A DNA stretch of 53,803 nt, filler included, from Sphacelaria rigidula (Eukaryota): the NCBI GenBank assembly GCA_964200075.2. It is 2 parts of 2 records of this genome, joined end to end, with 100 filler letters (N's around TTAATTAATTAA, not from the genome) between each part and the next. Parts side by side here need not be neighbours in the genome. Positions count along the whole stretch, not along the records: positions 1 to 26,862 come from CAXNAA020000129.1; 1 more part is not named here. One strand, given 5' to 3'. The notes beneath the pieces were generated by a model. The model was not told the DNA's origin. It searched no databases and saw only the letters and a list, made by a program, of their open reading frames with translations. Made by a program: the position numbers and the translations under genes. Below are positions 1 to 10,138 of this stretch, piece after piece (position 1 is the stretch's first letter; each line of letters begins with the position of its first letter).

Positions 1-1314
1 CTAAAGCGGACGCCTTCCGCGGTCACAGGCTAGCAATAAAAACAAAAAAAACAAAATAGACCCAGAGTAAAACTCACAAAACGCCTGTACACAACAAAAC
101 ATTTGTTGTCAGTAGCAACTACAACAAAAGTCAGTCCACCCACCACCACCGTGTTGCCCACTGGTTTAGTATCATGTTGTTTATCACCCCTCCACGAAAC
201 GGTAAATTAACGGTAAGATCAGCAGAATCAAATGGGGATGACACCGCATACATATTGACCTTCAACTGCATACCATGTTCATGGCTACTCCTGAAAGAAA
301 TCCGGCTCAATTTACCCATTGTAGCGCACAAACTGACCATCGATATCACCCAATAGCTGACAGAACCGGTACAAATATTGTACGAACAAGGTGGTAATTT
401 TCCATATTGGAATCCAACACCCAATCGCACCGAATTCACTCGGAATTCATACTGTGCTGCGAAACATATGCTATCACTTTATGCATAGGTAGAGCACGCT
501 AGCAGCGATCGTTCAAGGCCAACATTATGCGCTCGGCCTCACAAAATATTGTGGCTTTTGCTGCTCGTGGTTTCGTCCTTACCCCAGCCTTCTCGTTTTC
601 GGTGACAGTACACCACGTTGAAATTTGACGCACTGGTACAGATGTGCCTCAACGATGAAGAGTAGTTTGAGTTGTCTCAATACGTGCTGTGTGAGTGGAA
701 ATATCATTAGCTTTGTTCCGGGTGTATGAGCACAGATGATGCGGCTGAAACGATCAATAAGTACCACAAAATAGCCGCGGCGGTGTCGTTGCACACGGCT
801 CCTGCGGGCGAATTCAAGCCCTCTGACCCTCACCCCGCTTCTTATGGTCCGAAAAAAACGTCTCTCGGAAATTTTCTTCAGCGGCGTTTTCCGCCCGTGA
901 AAAGGGCTTAGCAGATATTGCGCTCTCGGAATGAGTTGGTCTATCCTCCCCGGGAATTCAGGCACACCTGTGCATATGCTTTTTTACGCAGTTCGACCAA
1001 AGGGTCGGCTTGGGCATTTTTCGCGCTGACTCCCAAGAAAATGTCATCTGTGCGGAAATTTATGGAAAAAAGTATGTTCCTCTGAACTTGAACAGCTTAT
1101 CGACAAAATGGCAAGTCTGGTCACGAAAATTGTGCGGCCACTGGAAAACGTGAACGTGCCCTGGAACCGTCTAAAAGAGTACAACAAATCATTGCGAGTT
1201 GTCAAAATCCGCCTCTTATGGTGGTCTTTCGAGACGTGAAATGACGCAGAAGAGTCAAGAGGGCAGTTTTTCGAGAAATGCCCATCAGATCGGATCAGAT
1301 GACAATTAAACAGA

Positions 1315-1672
1315 CGATCGTAGAAAATGGGGTTGAACACAAAAATGAGATTCAAGGGGCATAACAAAAGCGCAGGTTTGGTGCGAAACAGTTATTCCAA
1401 GAAAAAGCATCTTCGCAAAGAAGAAATGTACTTCGTGGCAGTTAAGCAGGTGTGGCTAGGTACACCGAATGAATGCGGTGTACACGCGTGCGTGTCGATG
1501 ACGATACCACCGAAGGAGCGCTGACGGAGAGGAAGCTCCTCGCCCGTGTCCTTTGATTGTCCTCGTTCGGCGATTCCCAATCGCTCGAGAGATTGGCATT
1601 GATATATCATGTTACCGGCACATACCCAATTTCCCCTGTGCCGGCAGGGAGTTTATGGCTGCACAACCCCCC
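1315..1672 (-). repeat. Dispersed repeat, inverted relative to 6915-7275
   Basis: Opposite-strand translations share CQSLExLGIAER...IVIDTHACTPHSFGxPSHT. Confidence 0.85.
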
Positions 1673-2194
1673 TACTCGTACTGCCTGCGTGTAGAACAAC
1701 CGTCATGGCACCGAATTCGACAATGCTTGTACCATCGAACAGTTTCGTTCTCTCAACTTATTCCATAGATCAAAACGGCTTTCGAAAGCTGCGGGAGGGT
1801 GCCTTCCCCGATTCCCAACAGGTACAAAAAAACGATGATACAGTTTTTTGCAAGGTCTACGAAACATTGACCGGCACAGGGAGTTTTCCTCGAATGAAAT
1901 TCCGTGTTTTTCCATCTTTAAAACATTTCATCTGCCTGGATTTCTATTTCGAACTCGAACCTGTCCATTTCAGATCGATTCTGTACTAATCGTTTTATGC
2001 AAATCCCAGAGTAGTATATAACTGTTCAACAGTATCTTAGTACGTTTGACCGACCCGAAGCGATCATTTTCCCGCAGCTATTGAGAGCCGTTTTGATTAT
2101 GTGGGATAAGTTAAGAAAACGAAACTGTTCAATGGTACATGCATTGTCAAATTCGGTGCTCTGACGGTTGTTCTTCAGGCAGTCAGTACAAGTG
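1673..2194. mobile_element. MITE with long (~120 bp) terminal inverted repeats
   Basis: 1673-1790 is an imperfect reverse complement of ~2075-2194 (e.g. caatgcttgtaccatcgaacagtttcgtt / aacgaaactgttcaatggtacatgcattg). Confidence 0.7.
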
Positions 2195-2405
2195 GAGCAA
2201 CGAAAGCTGTCCGGGCTTGTTTGACGTAATATGCCGACCACTCTGCTCGTAAGCTACGAGCTGAGCCAGCCTAGAAGCGGATTTGTATTCTGCAGGCGAA
2301 ATCGCATTTTTTACTGAGAGTTGAACACTGAAATTTGGTGTGGACAATCAACAGGGCATAAACGAAAAATTATGCCGGGTCCCACAGTTGTTTTCTGGTG
2401 ATTTA

Positions 2406-3407
2406 CCCTTTTGGGACCGACCCCTCACTAACACAGGGTTGACCTTGTGTTGGTGAAATAATTAAAAATAAGTCAGGAAGCTACCCGCCTAATCACGGCG
2501 AGGCGAAATTTATCGACCAGCGCGGGGGTTTTTGGCGAGTGTAATGCCACTGCGAAGATCGTGTGGGGGCCCTATCCCTGGCCTAGATAAGCCTTCCCAG
2601 GTTTCCAGGAGCAGGGCGGTCGGAACTTGGTAATATGATATTACTTCCACTCAGTACTGCGTTCGCGAGTTTTCCGGTGGGTTTTTCGGGCCACAATTTC
2701 ATGCTAAAACGTAATATTACGCTAACACAGGGTCGACCGGAAAAACCGGGAAGAAATGTACATGCTACGATGTGGTCATTTTCACGAGACACTAAACCCA
2801 GGTGGGCCGTGGAAAGACAAAATGAACTACCATGATGAAATTTGCGTATCCCTCTGCCGATGACTTGAAGTGTGCAGTCAACATGTACGTAGTGGGCGGG
2901 GATGAAGGAGCGGTGTATAGGCAGTTGATCTCGGTAGCCGAGAATTGCCCAGAACGTGCAAGGGAGTATGCAGCGGCAGCTGCTGCTTCAGTCGGAGAGG
3001 CGTACTACACTGTTGTATGCATGCGCGCCGCAACGCTGATACCCTTTGAAGAAAATTTGCCGCATGCAATTGGGGAAATGGCGGCCCGCCCCGACCACAA
3101 AGGACTGTGTGGCAAGGTGATGGGGACGCTAATGTCATCCAAGGCCACAAGTGGCGGGCCGCCCGCCGGTCGCCCCATCCTGTTGGAAGCTCTCTACCGC
3201 GATCCATACTGCTTGCTACATCAGATGTACACCACCTAATGCGCACCCTGCACCTGAGAATAGATCGGATGAAACTTGCGGTCTTCGTCATAACCCTGCA
3301 GTTACATACGCGGGTTTTCAGCAACACATCACTGTTTCGTGCATACGCCAAACACGTCATTCATGACCAGCCTCATTGGTCGTTCTGGAGGCTCGGTCCC
3401 AAAAGGG
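2406..3407 (+). mobile_element. Non-autonomous piggyBac-type element (~1 kb)
   Basis: Perfect TIRs CCCTTTTGGGACCGA / TCGGTCCCAAAAGGG with flanks TTTA and TTAA. A second copy starts at 52820. Confidence 0.85.
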
Positions 3408-3744
3408 TTAATGGCATTTTACTAAAACCTGTAAATTGATTATTGCCCTTAACTCATGAGAAAAAAAGGATATATTTGTGACCCGTCACATACATATTTC
3501 TTCATGACCTTTTGATTGTCCATACCAAATTTCAGGGTCCAACTCCAAGTAAAAAAATGCGAATTCGCATTTTCAAACCCGGGCCGGTGGAAATTCGGAA
3601 CATAATTTTGCAGGCCGTTTACCGGCCCACGTTTGGTATTTATGCATTGAAACTCTGTGCGGGACCTCGCTAGGTCATGATGAACCAAAAATGGTTCAGG
3701 TTGGTTTCGATTCATTTTCTTCGCTGGTCCGGCGCGTTTTAGTA

Positions 3745-4910
3745 CGAGCTGGGCCAGCTGAGAAGCGGATTTGTAGCTTGCAGGCCCATTGTACAGCCAA
3801 TATTTAGAGTTGGACCCTGAAATTTGGTATGGACAATGAATAGGGCATAATAAAAACAATTACCAGTGCACACAAGGTGTTTTTTTCAAGAGTTAGAGGC
3901 ATTTTTGCTGATACGTGAAAAATGATTATTGCCCTTCACTTATTAAAAAACATGAAAAAAATATCCTTGTGTTCACTGGTAATTGTTTTGATTATGCCCT
4001 ATTTATTTATTGTCCATACCAAATTTCAGGGTCCAACTCTAAATATTGGCCGTTTAGTGACAGGATCAGAATAAATTCCCAACAGTATTTTGCAGGCCAC
4101 CTACCGGCCCACGTTTGGTGTTTATATATTGAAACTTTGTGTGGGCCGTGGCTAGGGCATAATTGATGAAACAAAGTTGATGAGGTTGACTTCTTTTTTT
4201 TCACGGGTTTAGGGCGTTTTAGTATGGAAACCGCCATTTTTTTACTAGAACGCCCCAATCTCTCCAAAAAAATCAAACTGAGGGCCCATTTTTTAAAAAT
4301 TTTATTCAGCATACCTGTGTGGTTCTCTATCCCGAGTTTCAAATTACAATTCTAAAAATTGAGCCACGAAATTAAGATCAGGCCCAAAAGCAGTGCTTAT
4401 ATCCCCTCACAACTGCCCCAGCACCCGAAAAAACGAAAAAAGGAAAGACAAAATGCGAAAGCTGTGTTCATAAGTTTTAATATGCACTAGCGGTTGACCA
4501 CACAAAATTTCAAAGCATAACTCTGAAAAACTGAGACGCGATATCCAGGTTTAGTTAATCTAGTACATCTGCTCATAATTTACTGACTCAAGTATTGAAA
4601 CTTACGTGCTCCATATCTCGAGATAGATTGCGAATTAGATGAAGGTGGGGGTATCTATCGTTTCCCCGTGCTCCAGGGAATGTCCACTCCAAAATTCGTC
4701 GTCATCCGCTGAATACATCGATCGGGGGTTTCATAGACATTTTAGTATGGACGCCATCTCCCTTGGGTACAGGAATTGCTAGACACGGGCAGATGGGCAC
4801 CTTCCCCTTGGTTAGACAATTGATACAATATGAGGTCATGGCCCAACTCTTCCATGTTGACGAGATATTGCTCTGAGAGCTTAAATCCGTGTCTAGGCTG
4901 GCCCAGCTCG
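3745..4910 (+). mobile_element. Family A MITE nested in another family A copy
   Basis: TA|CGAGCTGGGCCAGC ... GCTGGCCCAGCTCG|TA. The host resumes at 4911 as in the empty site tttagTAcggtcacgacc (30391-30408). Confidence 0.9.
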
Positions 4911-5172
4911 TATGGTAACGACCATTTTTTTACAAGAATGCCCGAACCTTTCCCCCCCGTCAATAATGAAGGCCCATTTTTTTTGTAGCATACCTCTGTG
5001 GTTTTCCATGCTAAGTTTTAAATCACAATTCTATAAATTGAGCTGAAAATTTGAGCTAAGGCCCAAGAGCAATGTTCATTTCTCCTCAAAACTCCCGTAA
5101 AAACACGAGAAAAATTGAAAAATGTTGTCGAAAATTTGACAAAACGGTTTTACTTTATTTAATTATGCACTA

Positions 5173-5772
5173 CGAGCTGGGCCAGCTAAGAAGCTGCTAA
5201 AAGTTGCTTACACCACAGCTTCCCCTGTTTCCCGAATGAACCCGATGTAAGCATATCACTGTGAAGTGTAGACCAACCTGGTGACACCCGGCACCCCTGC
5301 TGAAAGAAAAAACAAATTGAAGAAAATGTAGAGCATAATGTATGACTTTAACGACGGACGAAAAATATATATATATTTCGGGATTCGAACTTATGACCTC
5401 CACAATTGGAGTCTCCGATCACTTGATCTATACGGGTGCAGCAGGGTCACGGAAAATGTTGAACGCACGGCTCAATTCGACAAGTCTTGAGCTGAAATTT
5501 CAGGAAGACCTTCTGCACCCAAGGAACTGATACTTCACGTGTCCAGCTGCAGATTCTCCTTTTTTTTCCTGGACTTATGGGATTATCTGGTTTTTACTGA
5601 ATTTTCAAATCCCCGTAACTTCTTCTTTTTTTCTTTTTTCATTTGCTGATCCCGTGATCTTCTGCTCTTCAACCATGAAAAGCTGCTGTCAAAATTCCAG
5701 CGTCGAACCACTACCATCGCGCCGTGCGTCGCCTGAGCGAGATTCACACCTACTCTTGGCTGGTCCAGCTTG
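5173..5772 (+). mobile_element. Tc1/mariner-type MITE family C (same TIR as A, different interior)
   Basis: TA-flanked TIRs. The empty site tgcacTAgcggttctcc is seen at 30641. Related to 24228-25831 and 32254-33146. Confidence 0.85.
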
Positions 5773-6547
5773 TAGCGGTTCTCCATACGCAATTTCATAT
5801 TATAGCATACCTCTCAAAAACTGAGACGCGATATCCAGATTTAGGGCATCTAGTGCCTCTGCTCGTAATATCTTGATTTTAGAATGAAACATTGTGTGCG
5901 CCATATCACGAGATAGATTACGAATTAGGTGAAGGTGAGGTATCTATCGTCTACCCGTGCTCCAGGGAAGGTCCACACCGAAATCGTCATGAACGCTGAA
6001 TGTATCGTTCGGGTTTCATATACTGTAGATTTTTGTGTGGACGCTATCTCCGTATGGTATAGGAATTACTAGACATGGGGTTTAATCAATGAGAAAATAT
6101 TGGCCCAGATTTTTGAGCAGATGGGCACCTTCCCCTTGATTAGACGATTAATACGGTATCCGGATCACGGCCCAACTCGTCTGTGTCGATAAGGAATTGC
6201 CTAGAGAGCTCAACTCCGTTTTTAGGCTAGCCCAGCTCGTATTCTTGGCGAGATCTTCGCGGTCGGCGCTTGACGGTATGGGACACAAATGCAACGACAA
6301 GTGGTTGATCATAGGACACCCTTGTTCATGGTGAAACCATAACCCTATCTCGCCTCAGCTCAGGATGTCCTCACATGGAATTTTTCGCCATTGCAACACA
6401 CGCACGCACACAGCCTGTGGAGCACTCGATCGGTTGCACATCTAAAAAGCTCAGATTACACGGTGGCAGCCCCCATGTGGGTCACGCCAGCAACAGTTGG
6501 GTCACCGCCAGAAGTGTATTTCTTCACTCCGCATGCCAAGGAGTTAT

Positions 6548-6710
6548 CTACGAGTGTTTGATCTCTGATGCATTCCCCAACTGGGGTGTGGTAGACTTGT
6601 CATTGTGAACGAACGCATAGTTGCAGAGAGGTCGGGTAAAATCAACCATGACAACAGCACCCCCTACCAAGTTGCGATTTAATCTTCTTATCGCCTCCAC
6701 ACCATCCTTG
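6548..6710 (-). CDS. Terminal exon of a divergent RRM-domain protein (KDGVEAIRRLNRNLVGGAVVMVDFTRP...KHS*)
   Basis: Minus-strand pyrimidine tract and acceptor (cttttgttctcttacacatacatgccag). The peptide fits RRM helix-2/beta-4: DAxxAIxxLNGxxxGGxxxxVDFARP. Confidence 0.6.
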
Positions 6711-6914
6711 CTGGCATGTATGTGTAAGAGAACAAAAGCGGTGACGGGAACATCGTCCTGCTTTCCGACGACGTGTTCTGCAGCGAGCGCACAGAGGCTC
6801 GTCCTGTCCAAGAAAAGAGGCAGAGAGGATTCGATCTTTGCACTGGTCAGCGCCAGAGACAAGGAAGATTATATCAGTCAAGATGCGACGCCCCTTGGCA
6901 CATCGATGTTCTGT

Positions 6915-7275
6915 GGGGGACTGTACAGCAATAATAAAAAAAACTGCCGGCACATGGAAAATGGGGTATGTGCCGGTAACATGATATGCCAATCTCTCGA
7001 GCAATTGGGAATCGCCGAACGAAAACGCACAAAGGACATAGGCGAGGAGCCTCCTTTCCGCCGGTGCTCCTCCGGTAGTATCGTCATCGACACGCACGCG
7101 TGTACACCGCATTCATTCGGTGCACCTAGCCACACCTACTTAACTGCTACAGATTTTGTGTTATCGAAGATGCTTTCCCCTAGAATAACTGTTTGTCACC
7201 AAACCTGCGTTTTAGTTATGCCCCTTGAACCTCATTTATGTGTAACCCCGTGTAACCCCATTTTCCTGGATCGTC
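6915..7275 (+). repeat. Dispersed repeat copy inside the putative RRM intron
   Basis: Diverged reverse complement of 1315-1672. Confidence 0.85.
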
Positions 7276-7564
7276 TGTTAGAAGCAGCTCCATACTACGC
7301 TTTCTTGTACAATTTTGCTATATATTGCGTTATCAGACGGTCTCTTGCAGTTGGTGTTCGGGAGGGGGGCGTATTTTCTACTTTTTTCATTTTTGACACT
7401 ATGTTAGGCCCCCAACTAGGAAATATCGCCATCCCGTGAGGCGCGTGCTGGTCGCACGCTGCAGCTGCCTACAATATTTCCCAACCACACAGGATTGAAG
7501 TGACACAGGCTATTTGGAACTTGCGGCAGCACGAAGCGCAGCTTGGGACCACATGGTAAAACAC

Positions 7565-7779
7565 GACTTGAATTCAAATGTGGGGAAGTTCCGGTCGCAT
7601 GCATCTCGAAAAATGTTTGCCCGTACCCATTCTAAAGCAGAGTATTCCCAGGTAAACAGCACCTGCTCTGCAATATGCGTCGTAGGTCCAGTACAGCGAC
7701 GATGTAAGCCAGCTGCGGTTTCCATCGTCTTCGAATTATGCTCGTCGGATGTTTTCTTGGCACCTGACGCCTTTTTCAT
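7565..7779 (-). CDS. Putative first exon of the RRM-domain ORF (MKKASG...TTHIAEQVL...NIFRDACDRNFPTFEFKS)
   Basis: ATG at 7779. RNFPTFEF resembles a degenerate RNP1. A weak phase-2 donor (gtgttt at 7564) is compatible with the 6710 exon. May be a pseudogene. Confidence 0.4.
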
Positions 7780-8949
7780 CGTGACGTTAATTGCCCATTT
7801 GTTCCAAAGCGAGACTATTGATCAGCCTTCGCGAAGCAGTCGCGCAGAGTCTGTAGTCTGTCTCGCGTCGTGTCTTGTTTGCGCCGCCTACCCTGCTATG
7901 TCAATTAATTTATGCGCACCTGCACACCGTCGCCGGCTCTTGGGTTGTCTTTTGGAATCGCAGGGCCTTCACCTCTCCGCCAGGGGATACATTGTGGGCT
8001 AACCTCACAAGCCCTTTACTACTGCTTGCCGGGTGTGAGCGACTGTGAGTACATGTTGGAGTTCAATACTTGACAAGTTGTTACTTGGGTCCATTGTATT
8101 CTCAAGAGAAGGTGCCTTTTATTTTCTTCGGAACTAAGAAATATAAGACCTTTTTCTTCTAATAATTGCCATCTATTCCGTGGTTTCTTTCGCTACAGTA
8201 GTACCCGGGCAAATGATGAAGTGTAGCTTCTCGTTCATGGTGGACTGGCTGTCAAAACAGCGCCATCGACAGCCATCGACAGGTCGGGTCAAGAACAAGT
8301 ACCAGCACTCCAATGAACGTTTGCTTCGATGCACGTTGCTGTAGCCACACCAGTTGGGATAACGAGAAATCGACCCGTGGCTGTCGCACTGAATACTGTC
8401 GTGCCAACAATCGATGCTCTAGTCCCGCACTCTGCTTCGGCTTTCACTGAACATGTGATGGTTTCTCCAGATAACTTTGCCCCTGAGGAATAATTCATCA
8501 CCAGATGTTTCGAGTAAGGACTTGGTCGATCTCATGCTGTCCAAATATGCGCCCCTTGTTTACCAAAATGTCAAAAAGCCGGCCACATCGTTCTTTGTGG
8601 TGTAAGCCGTCGATACCTATTTGGTGTGGAAGATTTGTATATTATACCCAAAACGCCATGGAGCACATATATTGTCAAAACATATGAGCCAAGCCCATCC
8701 TCCCACCCTCCCGCCCTCCTCCTCTGTCAGCGCCAACCCGAATCTTCGAATCTTCACAAATCAATCTTCACAAATGCACACGCTGTTGACAAGTATGTCC
8801 CATACTTGTGTCGTAGTCAATTGACTCAGGGCCACGCAATGCACCCAAGTGTTGAAAAATGTGCTACCGATTGAGTTGGTTCCATTGTTTGGCATTAGCA
8901 CCTAATTTGCATGCTGTTGGACCTACCACGATTGGTTTCGGAACCTCAC

Positions 8950-9407
8950 GGGTCTATGGTGGTATATTCCAAGTTCGTGTAGCTGTCGGTATTTAGTCCC
9001 TTGCTCCAGGGGATACCCTAGATTTTTTTTTACCCCACTCTTGGAGTCACGACTTCTATTCGTTTGACTAGAAACTTCTCACTCGTATCTCACAATATCC
9101 CAACATCTTGAAATTTACACGATATACTGGACACAAGTGATTTCCTGACACCACAATGATCGTGAGTCGTTGGCCCATCACCGTCTGCCAGCGCCCCTGT
9201 GTTAAATCTGGATATTCCATGTGGTCAATCACACTTGTTTTTGACAATCCCTTGGTTGCACCACAAAAAACGGCCGATCTCACAGGCTCACAGGGATATG
9301 AGAAAATTCGATCAAGTTCCCCGCGTATCAACTCACGAATAAATGTCTGCCATAATTTGCATCACGTGTTCTGTTGTTGTGGTTGTCGTTGTGGTTGTCG
9401 TTGTTGT

Positions 9408-9463
<56 letters not shown>

Positions 9464-9650
9464 TCGTCTACATTGAAGAACGTTCCAATGTCTGCGAGGT
9501 ACTTCTATTTCCGTACTGGACATCCGATGCGGACGCCACGGCACCCCACATTCTTGTCATGCTGGAATATTCCATGTCAGGTTTTCAGCGGCCAGGTACA
9601 CCCCGCCGTACGCAGATATATTAAAGACAATTGTTTGTACCAATATAGTT
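8950..9650 (-). pseudogene. Decayed coding relic with a possible ParB/Sulfiredoxin-like motif (IIVVSGNH), interrupted by a microsatellite
   Basis: Fragments HWNVLQCRR / QTFIRELIRGELDRIFSY...LTIIVVSGNHL / SKGLNTDSYTNLEYTTID, with stops and frameshifts between them. Confidence 0.3.
9372..9462. repeat. Compound microsatellite: degenerate (GTT)n followed by (GAT)18
   Basis: Perfect GAT run at 9409-9462. Confidence 0.97.
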
Positions 9651-10138
9651 GACATCACAAGTTTTGCAGTGGCATTTTTGCGGTCGATTTGCACGGTCCC
9701 GCGCCCAAGGGCTAACTAAGTCAAATACGGTATCTGATGTTGATCGTGGGGGCAAAGGTTGCCGTGGGTAGACCAGGCTAATCTCACCTTCTGAGGGTAT
9801 GCCAACGTCGCACTTGGTCCATCCATCTTAACGAAGGTCAGCCACCACATGTTTGGATATCGTCCACGGTGAACCATGGGGTACCACAGAGATGTATGGG
9901 TGGGTGCTGGAGTTCTGATATGGCTCCGCTATTCGTTTCCACCGGCGTTTGCGACCAAGGCAAAATGGGTCACCTGATTTCGTCGGACCTGCGCTGTTGA
10001 CCAAAGTGTAGGGTACAACGGGTACAAGGCATCTCCAGTGGCGTCCGTTGATCAGTTGCCACAAGGGGCCACGACATTGACGCGTGCGATTTTAGCGGCA
10101 GCTCATGGCTGCCATTGTATTGTTGATGTTTCATGCAG

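Larger units (their letters stand above)
2257..6239 (+). mobile_element. Tc1/mariner-type MITE family A, copy with three nested insertions
   Basis: TA|CGAGCTGAGCCAGC ... GCTAGCCCAGCTCG|TA. After removing the inserts it is colinear with the uninterrupted copy at 29954-31106. Confidence 0.85.

Noticed and set aside
570..1310. MITE-like sequence texture
   Set aside because: No TIR pair, TSD or second copy found in the window.
6621..7439. 272-aa + strand ORF
   Set aside because: It runs through a dispersed repeat and is antisense to the RRM-like exon; no recognisable domain.
9343..9652. Poly-D, poly-M and poly-H ORFs
   Set aside because: Translation artefacts of the (GAT)18 microsatellite.
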